NCBI RefSeq assembly: GCF_963921235.1
Contig: NC_086118.1
Location: 26,600,001 to 26,664,000 of the forward strand
Origin: Mobula hypostoma
Lineage: Eukaryota
Reading direction: 5' to 3'
Length of the DNA: 64,000 bases
Positions 13,500 to 25,818 of the stretch are shown piece after piece (the stretch's first letter is position 1; the number at the start of each line of letters is the position of its first letter). The notes under the pieces are model-generated. The model ran no database searches, was not told the origin of the DNA, and worked only from the letters and a program-made list of their open reading frames with translations. The position numbers and the translations under genes were made by a program.

Positions 13500-14010
13500 A
13501 CTAATGATGCAAATTTAAACTAATCCATTCTGCCTACATAATGTCCATATCCATCCATTCTCTGCAGATTCACATGCCTGTCTAAACGCCTCTCTCATAT
13601 CTGCCCCACCTCTGCTCTGGCAGCCGATTCCAGGCATTTACCACTCTACATAAAATAAAACTTGCCCCCACATCTCCTTTGAACTTAAACCCTCTCACCT
13701 TAAATGCACACGCTCTAGCATTAGACATTCCAACCCTGGGAAAAAGATACTATCTGTCTGCTCTAAGCAAGCCCGCATAATTTTATAAACTTCTAACAGA
13801 TTTCCCCTCAGCTTCCACCACTCCAGGAAAGCCAATCAAAGTTTGTGCAACCTCTTCTGTTAACACATGCCCTCTAATCTAGGGAGTGTTCTGGCAAACC
13901 TCTTCTGCATCCTCTGAAGCCTCCTTCCTGTAATAAGGAAATCAGAATTGAATGCAATTGTCCAAACGCAGCCCAACTAGAATTTGGTAAAGCCGCAACA
14001 TGACTTCTCG
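13500..14010 (-). mobile_element. Degenerate CR1 3' fragment
   Basis: Reverse-complement CR1 hallmarks (ttccaggcatttaccactct, cttgccccacatctcctttgaactta, aaacctcttctgcatcctct). Confidence 0.7.
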
Positions 14011-15676
14011 AATTTTTCTGGAAAAAAAATTTTTATAAAGGGACAATATTCCAAATTATCAGCAAACAGTTTTACGTTTCTTAACATTCAATCACTCCAA
14101 AAATTAGATTACTTATAGGAGTGCAGGTATGGTGACAGTTATGTAGTGTTTAGTAGCCTTAATCAATCTCCAACTCAATATAAAAATGCTTTTATTGTCT
14201 TTAATAAACAATGCTTTAAAATATTATTGATCACACTGATTTATGAAAATTTTGCAGCATTGAAAATGGAGGCAGACAAAGCACCTTTCATTTTGGATCA
14301 GAATCATCAACAGCATCAGGGTACAAGTTCTAATACCAAATTCTTATCGAAACAGTAAAATAATCTTAATCATTATTTTATGGTTTCTCCCATTATACTA
14401 AATAATATGATTCTTCACCCTTTGAGTGATAGTCACAGATATTGTAATAAATAATTTTATCTGCACAATTCTGGCTTCCTTTTAATATACAAAGTTCAGT
14501 AAGCTAATCCATTAATCTAGAATTGAACCAGCCAGAAAATGTCCACTTTCGACTGTATCAGATGAATGAGCTCTTTTACCGATGAGCCATTGGCAAATTA
14601 TGTATTGTCAGTCCTTTGTAAGAAGTAAAATTATACAGAAGAATAAATAATTTATTTTCTAACAAACCTTAATCAACTTCTCAAATAAAACAAAATAAAT
14701 TATTCAGAGATTAGTTTTCTTTCATCAGGCTTCTTTAGCTAAAGATATACGCTCTGCTTGAGCTCTAAACACCATGGAGCTCCAGTTTATGCCCATGACA
14801 TGGAACTAAATAGTTGAAACACACCGCCTGCCAAACTGAGCAGAGGTTGCATTATTTATCTCTGTTAGGAAGCCCTGGATACCACACTTGTCAATCAAAA
14901 CAGATTTTAGAAAGCTCAATGGGCACCAGACTGAGCTCTCATTTTAAAAAATACACAACTTCAATGGCATCAGTCACAAGTGGGACAGCAATCGCAAACA
15001 ATTAACTCACATCTGCCAGCAATTGCATGGGGATTTCTAAAACAAATCGCTCACCATTTACAAAGGAGTGATTACTTGATTGGAAGAACTCAAGGTGGCT
15101 ATTGGGTTGTTCAACCATCAGAATCAGTAATTCTGTTGCAGAAAGCCCTATAGACAGGTTTATAACAAAAACATAGTGGATTAATCCAGTTAAAGTTTCA
15201 CCAAAGAGCATACCCACATAAACAGAACACAAGAAAACACAATGGGCCCTTGTATCCTTCATGTGGGCTTTGGAAGTCAAGATACAGCAAGAAAATGAAA
15301 TCAAATGGAATAGTACCTTGCTCTAACCAAATGAAAGCAGATGAGTGCAGAGACACCATACTTAAGACTTAATTGCATGTTGCTATAACATCTCAACACT
15401 AAATGCTGAAATAAATCAAGCCCTGTTCATGCAAGTTTTTTTTAGTTCTATCTTGTACATCAATCACCTCTATTCATTTTATAGGTCAAATTCAAGACAT
15501 TGATATTTAGGAACCATTTTTGGCATTCACATTTCTAAACTCGACTTCCACATCTCTGTAGGATTTGAAGAACCAAAGACTTTGGGATTATATTCCTCTA
15601 CTGGGAGAAATGCAAAATTTAGCAAATGTAATTACAAGGAAGCAACTCACCGATGATGATATACAAGTATCTGATA

Positions 15677-15859
15677 CAGTGCCTATAAAAAGTATTCACC
15701 CGCCCCCGCCCCCCCCACCCCGGAAGCTTACATGTTTTATTGTTTTACAACATTGAATCACAGTGGATTTAATTTGGCTTTTTTGACAATGTTGTAAAAC
15801 AATAAAACATGAAAACATGAAAACAAGGGGTGGGGGTTGTACACTTTTTATAGGCACTG
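15677..15859. mobile_element. Tc1/mariner-derived MITE, largely palindromic
   Basis: TIRs CAGTGCCTATAAAAAGT / ACTTTTTATAGGCACTG with TA on both sides. Internal inverted repeat catgttttattgttttacaacattg / caatgttgtaaaacaataaaacatg. Confidence 0.88.
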
Positions 15860-16199
15860 TATAAGCAGAATTAAAAAAGCTCAGATTTTGTTCCAATAAG
15901 GAACATTATGAGCCTAGAAAAGGACTAAGGACACAGTGCCTTCAGTTACCAGGAGACTCTGTACACAGCAGAAAGGAGGCAGGGAGGAAGGAATTATGAT
16001 GCAATCACTCTCATTGGACAAATCAATGGCTTTTCCCTCATTCAAGAGACTAGCATCATTTCAAAAGTCGCTGATTACTACCCATCCCTATCCACACTCC
16101 TATACCCCACTGCAGTCCTTCTGGTAAGGGCATTTTCTCCAAACTACTGGGTACTGAGCTCTGATATTTAGACACAGCAATGACAGAGAATGATTATGC

Positions 16200-17450
16200 A
16201 AGCCCATATCAGGATGGTTGTGACATCGAGGGGACTTTAAACACAGGGCAACTTCCATGTCCCTGCTGCCCCAAGTCAGGTTTGTGGAGGTCAATGTCAC
16301 AGGTTGGCGAGGTGCTTTTAAAGAAACTACGGTTAGTTGCTGAATTCACTTTGCATTGAGTACACGCTACAGACACTGTGGTGGATGGTATGAACAAATG
16401 AGACGGTGGATGGAGTGGTAGACATGGGTTCACTTGCGAATGGTGCTTAGCGTTGATTCTGTTGCTAGAGCTGCACTTCACTGGGGAAGTGAAGAGTGTA
16501 CCTATATTCCTGACTTGTGGATGGGTTTGAAGGGCTTCAGGAGTTCCATCCACCCACTTTGCAGACAACATTCCACCCCCCCCACCAAAATCTGGTTCCA
16601 ACCATTACTCAACCTCTTTCTCCTCCTCCAATGGTTCATACCATTGGCATAAACATCAATTTCTCCAACTTCTGATAATTTTCCTCCTCCCCCTTTCTTC
16701 CTCAATTCCCCACTCTTCTCCAATCACCTGCCCCTGATGCCCCTCCTCTTTCCTTTTCTCCTATGGTCCACTGTCCTCTCCTATCAGATCCTCCCTCGTC
16801 CCAGCTTCTTACTTCATCCCCCCCCCACCTACCTGGCTTCTCCTGTCACCTTCTAGCTTCTCATCCTTCCCCACCACCCACCTTCTTACTGTGGCATCTT
16901 CCCCTTTCCTTTCCAGTCCTGATGAAGGGTCTCAACCCAAAATGCCAACTGGTTATTCATTTCCATAGATGCTGCTTGACCTGCTGAGTTCCTCCAGCAA
17001 TATGTGTGTGTTGCTGTGGTTATCATTCTTATTTCCTTTACTTATCTGTATCCAGCTTGGGTAGAGTTTTGAGTTCCTGCTTATCTCCTATCTTCACACT
17101 CGCATCCCTGGGGGGGGGGGGGGCACCTTGTTCCATCTGCTTGTTTTAGTTTTTCCTCTCTATATATCATTCACCAGCCATAATCTTTTAACTCCACCCC
17201 AACTTACCACAGCCCACCACCTGCCTGTCACCTGACACCATCCTCAGTCCATCAGTCACCTCGGAATTGTTTCTTGCCATTCCCTTTCTCCTCCCGGCAC
17301 AGGACATCGCATCCATCCCGTCTCAGTCCTGATGCAGGGTTTCGACTCAAAATATTAATGAGTTCTTCCTTCCCACCAATGTTCCTTGACCACACTGAGT
17401 TCCTCCAGCAGACAGTGTGTTGGTCCATTTTCAGTCTCTTGTGTCTTCAC
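16200..17450. mobile_element. Cluster of degenerate Penelope-like fragments
   Basis: GINI-FSNF*-like endonuclease end near 16650, pyrimidine tracts, decayed hammerheads at about 16914 and 17325, and PLE termini at about 16965-17015 and 17385-17450. Confidence 0.62.
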
Positions 17451-18056
17451 AGAATGCATTCATCTGCCTTTTCAAAGATGTATGGCTTGGGGCAATGGAA
17501 TGCAGCATTTTGCCCCTGGATATTCACTCACATAACATTATCTTTTTCAGCATTTACAGAATTTGCAGGTGAAACACAATGATGACCATTCCTATATACC
17601 TCTGCAGTACTCCAGAAATAGTAAGTTACAAGGAATGTTGGATACAAGTTGCCCTTGGCCTCTGACACAATTCCGAAGTCATGACACAGCAGGATAACTT
17701 GCACCACATCCAGCAGAGAACAATCGCCCCAGGACAACGTACAGCATATTGAGTGAAAATCAAAAACTCCAGATAAAAGATGAAATAAAAATAGAAAATG
17801 CTGGAAACATTTGGCAAGTCAGATAACATTTGTAGAAGGAGAAACAATTAATGTGTCAGGTCTAGGACCCTTCAAAGATCAAATTGTCCCTGGAGTCCCA
17901 AAGTAACTGCTCTCACTAATGTTGTACTCAAGCTATCCCCTTACACCGTTTGAAGATTCCTCCAAACTGCTCTAATCTTCCCACGCCTTCCCAACTTTAA
18001 TCTGCCCCATAAACTACCCATACTTGTGCCTAAAATACTAACCACTAAGCCTCATT

Positions 18057-18412
18057 CTATGACCCCCAAGCCCCAATCTCCCTCCTGAAAACCCGCACCC
18101 TAGTTTCTGTCCCTCTGAATATACCCCTTGCCCATCCTCTGGTTACCCCCCCCCGCCGTCTTTCTCCCCGGACCTCCTGTCCCATGATCCTCTCGTATCC
18201 CTTTTGCCTATCACCTGTCCAGCTCTTGGCTCCATCCCTCCCCCTCCTGTCTTCTCCTATCATTTTGGATCTCCCTCTCCCCCTCCAACTTTCAAATCTC
18301 TTACTCACTCTTCCTTCAGTTAGTCCTGACGAAGGGTCTCGGCCTGAAACGTCGACTGCACCTCTTCCTAGAGAAGCTGCCTGGCCTGCTGCGTTCACCA
18401 GCAACTTTGATG
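18057..18412 (+). mobile_element. Young Penelope-like element 3' end
   Basis: CpG-retaining pyrimidine-rich tract, intact hammerhead motif and terminus gctgcctggcctgctgcgttcaccagcaactttgatg, nearly identical to the arm at 28668-28762. Confidence 0.8.
18321..18358 (+). ncRNA. Minimal type I hammerhead ribozyme motif (PLE-associated)
   Basis: UAGUC-CUGACGA-[AGGGUCUCGGCCU stem II]-GAAAC-GUC-GACUG. Helix I is UAGUC/GACUG, the helix III region is the palindrome ACGU, and the predicted cleavage is after GUC (18353). Confidence 0.75.
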
Positions 18413-18634
18413 ATGGAAATATTATCATTCTGTTTCACTGAGTACAAATGATGCTCTACATCTGTCGTATTGTGTCACTGCTTAGTTTTGAACAGGAATG
18501 GAACACCGAGACGATTTCTCCTGAGTGCATTGCACAAAGCACTTCAAAAGCCTTTCTTGGGGGTCTCAGCAATCAGACTTCTGTTGATGTCAATATTACA
18601 TATTGCTGACTTTCTTGAAGCAAAGGTACATCTA

Positions 18635-18835
18635 CTGCCGAGCCACCTGGCTTCACCCATCACCTTCTAGCTTCTACTCCTCCCCCTGCCCGCCATCTTC
18701 TTATTCCGGCCTCTTCCCCTTTCCTTTCCTTTCCTGTCCTGATAAAGCATCTTGGCATGAAACATTAAATGCTTATTCCTTTTCCACAGACAATGCCTGA
18801 CCTGCTGAGTTCCTTCAGAATTCTGTATGTATTAT
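18635..18835 (+). mobile_element. Degenerate PLE 3' end
   Basis: cacctggcttcacccatcaccttctagctt, decayed hammerhead (gtcctgataaag..gaaac) and terminus cctgacctgctgagttcc. Confidence 0.65.
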
Positions 18836-19364
18836 ACTCTCACTATCCGGATTGTGGTCCAACAGAGCACAAAGTCTGCCCATTGGATTCGGTTTTTTAC
18901 AAGCAGTTTACAACAGCTGGTAAACAGAGTTAGCTTTCCAACAACTCTGTTGGGTGGTCAAAATGACAAGCAGCCTCCATCCCTTCTGCAGTCCCTTACA
19001 GACAGAATTAAAGATCGTTCCACAGGAACAGAATGGTTCCTTCAGCCAAGACACTCTCAGCGGATGAAAACAGAACGCGAGGGAAAACAGGCAGGTCACT
19101 GAGCACTTGTGAAGATGGGTTAGTGTTCCAAGCTTAATCTTTCACACCAACTCATGATTACACCCAAAACCTCATCCTGGGATTTCCATTATAAAAACTG
19201 GTGGATTGACTGCATAGTTTCACTAACTTTGTTTTTGTTTTCAGATTTCGAATGCTAGCAGTGGGCAAATAGCCTCCAGGACTGTGTCAGTATTGAAAAC
19301 ATTCGTCAACCCTGAAATATTTTAAACCATCACTGAACAAAAGGATACGTTTCTCTCCATCCAC

Positions 19365-19797
19365 TGGCTGTTTGCTGTTGTGTGCTGGGGCAGCAGGCTG
19401 AGGGTAGCAGACACCAACAGAATCAACAAGCTCATTCGTAAGGCCAGTGATGTTGTGGGGATGGAACTAGACTCTCTGACGGTGGTGTCTGAAAAGAGGA
19501 TGCTGTCCAAGTTGCATGCCATCTTGAACAATGTCTCCCATCCACTACATAATGTACTGGGTGGGCACAGGAGTACATTCAGCCAGAGACTCATTCCACC
19601 GAGATGCAACACTGAGTGTCATAGGAAGTCATTCCTGCCTGTGGCCATCAAACTTTACAACTCCTCCCTTGAAGGGACAGACGCCCTGAGCCAATTTATG
19701 TAATTTACATATTACTATTTAATTATTTATGGTGCAACTGTAATGAAAACCAGTTTCCCTCGGGATCAATAAAGTATGACAATGACTATGACTATGA
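19365..19797 (+). mobile_element. Rex1/Babar LINE 3' end, same family as 11400-13140
   Basis: CWGSRLRVADTNRINKLIRKASDVVG is nearly identical to 12690-12989 and retains about 21 nt deleted in that copy. (ATGACT)n tail. Confidence 0.92.
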
Positions 19798-21079
19798 AAA
19801 CATCAAATTTCACATTAGACGTCAGTGTTAATAAATCCCATTCTAATTTTTGGTGCAGAGTTTCCAATGATCTCACTTTTATGCAGGCTTGATCAAATGG
19901 CAATTGCTGGGACAGCCAAACCTAGAGGTGCAGACAAGGGTAAGTGTAACAACTGTAGTTAAGTTGGGGATAAAATTAGCTGATACATGTACAAGAACAG
20001 CATGTAACCTTTTGCAAATGCACACAAACGATGTCACCTCAACTGGTGGTAAAATGTTTGCAAACTAACCTCCAGGCTCAACAAACAACCCTATAAACTT
20101 TTACAATACTATGCATATGCACCATGGAAAAATCAAAATTCATTTGCTGAAGCCTTCAAAAGGGAAACTGCAAACCAGTTACTCAGAGACCACACACCCA
20201 AGTGCAGTGCTGAGCCATGTATTTAATTTCTACATCTTACAAAAGATACCAAACTCAAGTGTTCCTATCCTCCCAAGCACCCAATCTTAATTTCCCAGCT
20301 AAGTAACCTTACCTTCTATGATACACCTTAAATGAACTGGTGATGTTTAACATTAAAGTGAGGTCTACATTGCGTTTTCAGCAGTTTCGTGAAATTCTAA
20401 TTGATTCCAAGACTCGTTAAGTAGCATGCTCAGTTGCAATGTCACTTTCCCCATCTTAAAATGTAATACAAACTTAAGAAGTTATTTGTGTGCACACATG
20501 CTGAGTGTTAAGGATTTACAGGCTCTGGAGAAATGACTTACATTCTCACGATGACACAGTCTTTCATTTATCTTTAGCTGGTTATGCCTGTAATAATTTG
20601 CAACTATAGTTTTTCTTGATGCAAACCCTAACATAGCTTTTATTAGGATAAAACTGTTCTTATCAATGTGTGACTTAAAGGTAAACAAAATCACTGAGAA
20701 CTGTGAACACAGCTTACCACCATCAAATCAATACTCACTGCCAACTGCACCCACTCAAGATCCAAGATTGTCTCCTGTCATTTCCAGTACACAAGTGAAA
20801 TAACTATTGCTCTGGAACCGTTGCAGCACAAAAAATAACACCATGGGATAAAGAACACAAAAATATAAATATGCAAGGTAGCTTCTATACATAGACTGAT
20901 TGTATGTATATCCATAAAGTGATACTAGTTAGGCAGGCACAGGAGTGTCTGTACATATGTTGCTCAGGATTTCCAGCACTGCAGAATCTCTCATTTCTTC
21001 TTATAGTCCTGATAAGATTACAGGTATTAAAGGTGGCCATGCAATTTAAATTAGTGTCTTCAGTCCGTAACAGTTTAAA

Positions 21080-21390
21080 AGTTGAGACACTGGGGCATTA
21101 AATACCTTGAATACAAGAGCCAGGAGGTGATGCTCCAACTTTATAAAACTTTATTTATAACTTAGCTAGAGTACTTCATGCAGTTCTGTTCTTAACACAT
21201 AGGAAAGATATAATAGCACTAGAGAGAAGGCAGCAGAGGTACTGCCTCAGATAAAGCACTTTAGTTATAAGGAGAGATCAAAGAAGCTATGTCTGCTTTT
21301 TCTGGAGTGGAAGAGGTTAGGAAGCGACATAGGAGCAGAATTAGGCCATTTGGCCCATCGAGTCTGCTCTGCCATTTAATCATGGCTGAT
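21080..21390 (+). mobile_element. Old CR1 fragment(s)
   Basis: EVMLQLYKTL-like segment followed by a reverse-oriented CR1/SINE tail (aggagcagaattaggccatttggccc). Confidence 0.5.
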
Positions 21391-22434
21391 TCTGACAAAG
21401 GCATACAAAATATATGGTGGCACAGAGAGGCAGACTGCGGGAGAATGAAACACGAAGACATAGATTTACAGTAAGGGATAATTAATGAAGAGGGAAGAGG
21501 GGGAAGGGATCTTTCTCACCCAGAGCAGGATTATCAAGACTGCACTGCCAGAATCAGTGAGAGTAGCAGAGCTGCTGGCAGCAGTTAGGTGGTGTCTAAA
21601 TGAGTACTTGTATTATCTCGGCAGTGAAGGCTGAAAGATGGGGTTGATACAGACGGGTGCCTAGAGTTCACGTTAATTGAAGGCACTAAATGAAGAACAT
21701 CAGGCTGAGCGAGGCCTCATCAAGAAGAGCTGTTTAGGTCCCCGGATAGCAGTGAAGGAAATGTTGCAACACCCATGTTCACAAGAGAACGTGCCATGGG
21801 ACTGGGAGAAGAGGGCAAGAAGGGATGAGCAGACCAGAGAGTCAAAGGGAATGGTCCCTGTGGAAAGCAGCAAGTGGGGAAGGAGGTGTGACTGTTGGAG
21901 CTGTCGGAAGGAATAAAGGATATACTGGATGTGGAGGCTGCTGGGGAACTCTAGAACCACACTGTACTCAAGATTTCAGGCCGCTGAGCAAATAACAGGT
22001 CACACAGGATACTGCAGACCAAATGGATGTGGATTCTTCTGGCAACATCTCCATGCTTGAGAATAATTAAGAACAAATCATGAGAACAATAACCTGCATT
22101 TGCGTATCATAAAAAAAAAGACACAATGAGCAACCCCAGTTCCTTCACAGAAGTATAAAAAAATTGTATATTAGTGAGCACAGGGACCTAAAACACAACT
22201 GAAAATATGAATTTAAGACTTTAAGACTTATGCTGGCAAACTAGTACACTTTGTCATAAAACTGAAGAACTGCAAAAGTACAATGTACAAGGGTAAATAA
22301 ATAGCCACCAACCATTTGTCTAAAATCGTGTAAAAATCAGGTGATAAAAGGAAGTTCTCAGTGTAAGTGCTGCAGATTGGTTTAGCTTTGCAAAGATATC
22401 AAGGAATGTGGAACTAAAGCTTGTAAAGGGTTAA

Positions 22435-22986
22435 CACACACCAAATGCTGAAGAAACTCAAAGTGAGGCAACATCTATGGTGAGGAATAAATAGTTAAAG
22501 ATTCTGGCCAAGACCCTTCTATCCTCCAGCATCTTGTGTGTGTTACCCTGGATTTCCAGCATCTTATGTGTGTGTTACCCTGGATTTCCAGCATCTTGTG
22601 TGTGTGTTACCCTGGATTTCCAGCATCTTGTGTGTGTGTTACCCTGGATTTCCAGCATCTTGTGTGTGTGTTACCCTGGATTTCCAGCATCTTGTGTGTG
22701 TGTTACCCTGGATTTCCAGCATCTTGTGTGTGTGTTACCCTGGATTTCCAGCATCTTGTGTGTGTGTTACCCTGGATTTCCAGCATCTTGTGTGTGTGTT
22801 ACCCTGGATTTCCAGCATCTTGTGTGTGTGTTACCCTGGATTTCCAGCATCTTGTGTGTGTTACCCTGGATTTCCAGCATCTTGTGTGTGTTACTCTGGA
22901 TTTCCAGCATCTTGTGTGTGTTACCCTGGATTTCCAGCATCTTGTGTGTGTTACTCTGGATTCCCAGCATCTGCAGAATCTCTTGT
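22435..22986. mobile_element. PLE insertion: inverted terminus plus amplified forward terminus
   Basis: Minus-oriented PLE end at 22435-22520, then the tandem array. Flanked by TTGTAAAGGGTTAA (22421-22434) and TTGTAAAAGGTTAA (22987-23000). Confidence 0.7.
22527..22970 (+). repeat. Minisatellite, 14 units of 30/32 bp (CAGCATCTTGTGTGTGTGTTACCCTGGATTTC)
   Basis: Units start at 22527, 22557, 22589 ... 22845, 22875, 22905 and 22935. Lengths are 30, 9x32, then 4x30. No spacers. Confidence 0.97.
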
Positions 22987-24158
22987 TTGTAAAAGGTTAA
23001 AAGGTTTTCAGAGAAAACATAAAAATAATTCTATACTTAAAAGTTCACTTGGGTAACAAAAAAAACAATGAGGCAGAATAGAGTGTACAGCTGTAGCAAG
23101 AAAATGATCAGCAATAAAGAGTAATTAAATGTCCCAGCTGAGCTGACTCACTTGGTTCTATTCAATTGTCGTTTCCACTAATTCACGTTATTGAGTGTGC
23201 GCTTAGACGGGAGAAATACAGAAGAATACAGCAGCATTCTTCTTCACTCAGTTCACAAATAACGATTGATTACTTCATCTTGAATACAATTCATAAAACC
23301 TGTGATAAATTATATTGAACTATCATTCCCAAATCATGGGAATTTTAGCATAATAATTATGACATGCAAGTTGTGATAGGGTATTGTAATGGGAGAGGAA
23401 GAGTTGGTGGAAATGGTCTGGATAAAGCAGAAAGCAAGGAGAGTCATGTTGTGGTTCCAAGAAGTGGAAGGTGAGGAGTGGAGAGTAGATGTAAAGAGAA
23501 TAGCAGGAAATTGAATATTTCCTTGAATTGGCAGGTGGTGGAAATCTTGGTTAAGAACTTAAATAAACAATATATTGGAAGTATTGAAATGAGAAGCCAC
23601 TAGAACTAAAACAGATACAATAGATAAGAGGGATTGAGAAGCTATTTGGGAACAAATATAATCAAAGCAGCTGTGGGAATTAATGAGTTTATAGTGGACA
23701 TTGGACAATAGTGTTTCCCCAAAGGGGGAGATAGAAGAGTAAAAGACAGGTCTTTGTAATGATACAGTAAAGCTAGACATTGAAACCAATATTGCTGAAA
23801 CATTCCAATTCAGATCAAGAATTGGAAATGTCAGTAACCTTGTCCTTGTACTCTTAACAAAGATGTAAGAATGGTACCAAATACAGTGGATTCTGGCCAA
23901 CTGGGACAGAGTGGCACCAGTTGGTTCTTGATCTCATGGTCTTACTGGAACCCACTGAGAGCAATCCTTTATCTTGTTCAAGTTCCACCTTCAGAAAAAC
24001 AACATTTTAAAAGAATGCAAGATATCATCAATATTTCAGTATGTCTGAATTATAAAATAGGAACAATAATGACTTTCATAATAATAAATACAAGCAGTAA
24101 TAAGCAATCCAACCTCTCAAGTTTGCTCTGCCAAACAAAATCATGGCTGATCTAATCT

Positions 24159-25221
24159 TTCTTTATTAATCTTTTTATTGATTTAAAAGGAACATAAATA
24201 CAAACAAGAGGAGAATTATCTCAAATATATATATCAATAACAATACAAACAGATTGAAAAAGACATTATCAAAATATACACAGTGTTAAGCTAGTGTATA
24301 ATGTATAATAAAAAAGAAAACAGCAATTCTCCTCTTATCAGTTCATGAAAAGGAAAGAAAAAACTTTGAATTTTAAATGAAGAAAAAAGAACACTACACT
24401 ATACAAAAAAAAGGAGACTGGGCAGTCCATTCTGAGGATACGACCAGGAAAAAAAAAAGAAAGACTTCCTGATCAAATCCAAGTCTTTGAAAAAAAAATT
24501 TGGAAGAGTAAAAAATCAAATCAAATGAAAATATTGGATAAAAGGTCGCCAGATTTGCTCAAATTTAAAGGATATATCAAATGTCCAACTTCTTATTTTC
24601 TCTAAACTTAAACAGGACATAATGGAGGAGAGCCAATAAAAGACGGTAGGTGGATTAGAATCCTTCCACTTCAGTAAAATGGCTCTCTCCTACCCAATAA
24701 AGTTGAAAAGGCTATCATATGTTGAGCAGAAACAGGAATATTTCCTGCTTCTGATGGGATAATCCCAAATATTGCCATAAGTAAATTAGGTTGTAGGTCC
24801 AGAACCAAGACTTTTGATAATGTTTTAAAAACATCTCTCCAAAAATTACCTGGCTTTATACAAGACCAAAACATATGAGTTAAAGTGGCCACCTCACTAT
24901 TACATCTGTCACAAATAGGATTGATGTTGGAAAAAATACGTGCTAGTTTATCCTTTGACATATGGGCCCGATGCACTACCTTGAACTGTATCAAGGAATG
25001 ACGGGCACAAATAGATGAGTTATAACCAAATGAGGAATTTTACTCCATTGTTATCTGAAAATGACTCCTGAACTTCCAATTCCCAACCCAAGCACATTTA
25101 ATTTTATCATTAGATATCATTCATAAATTCAGTATCCGTTTATAAATTATAGCTATCAACCCTTTTTGAATTGGTTAAAGCTAAAAAAGAGCATCTGTCA
25201 TATTAGGTAGATAAGCAGAAG
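24159..25221 (-). mobile_element. 5'-truncated L1/Tx1-type LINE with 3' UTR and TSD
   Basis: IQFKVVHRAHMSKDKL..CDRCNSEVATLTHMFWSC zinc knuckle and an AATAAAAAGATT..GAAAG tail. Perfect 16-bp TSD ATGGCTGATCTAATCT (24143-24158, 25222-25237). Confidence 0.93.
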
Positions 25222-25330
25222 ATGGCTGATCTAATCTGAGTATGAAAATCACCTTCCTATTCTCTGTCCATACGGATTATTCAGTATTCCAGGCAATACA
25301 AAATATGTTATCATATTTCTTTATATGATA

Positions 25331-25590
25331 AAGGAAAGTTACGTCGCATCTGGAGTTTCTTCGATTTGCGGACAATTTCCCTCCACGCCTCTCTGTCGTA
25401 GTGGGGAACCACGTACGAGACAAGTTACAGCAGTGGTTTGCCTTTGCCTTCTGCAGGTGAGTTTCCAACCAGATCACCAGCTCGTAACCCAGCACGGATG
25501 GAAAGCGTGCACGGGAGCCAGCTGGATTCGAACTCAGGACCTTTCGTCCCGAAGTCCGACACTGATGCCACTACACCACCAGCCAGGTCC
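25331..25590 (-). mobile_element. tRNA-derived SINE with RTE-related body
   Basis: Minus-strand A box TGGTGTAGTGG, B box GTTCGAATCC and motif GCAGAAGGCAAAGGCAAACCAC. 10-bp TSD TTATATGATA (25321-25330, 25591-25600). Confidence 0.82.
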
Positions 25591-25738
25591 TTATATGATA
25601 CGCCCTGATAATAGTTTCGTGATATATTGTGTACAAAACATATGGAATATATTGGCTACTTATAGTTGTTCCAACATGAAAAATGAATACTGCAAATCTT
25701 GATTAAAACTCAAACCAACACAGATGATCGCTTTAAGG

Positions 25739-25818
25739 AAGGGGTTCCCAACCTTTTTTATACCATGGACCAATACCATTAAGCAAAGGGTCCATGGTCC
25801 AGAGGTTGGGAATCTCTG
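25739..25818. mobile_element. About 80-bp hAT-type MITE (related copies at about 28326-28403 and 62680-62740)
   Basis: AGGGGTTCCCAACC ... GGTTGGGAATCTCTG termini and a shared internal ccatggaccaataccattaagca sequence. Confidence 0.72.

Noticed and set aside
22527..22970. CRISPR array, or Cys-rich repeat proteins (ORFs 22534-23056 in three frames)
   Set aside because: The units are contiguous with no unique spacers, there are no cas genes and the context is eukaryotic. The ORFs exist only because the repeat unit lacks stop codons.
25520..25590. tRNA gene on the minus strand
   Set aside because: A and B boxes are present, but the sequence continues into a SINE body bounded by a TSD and no complete cloverleaf is evident.
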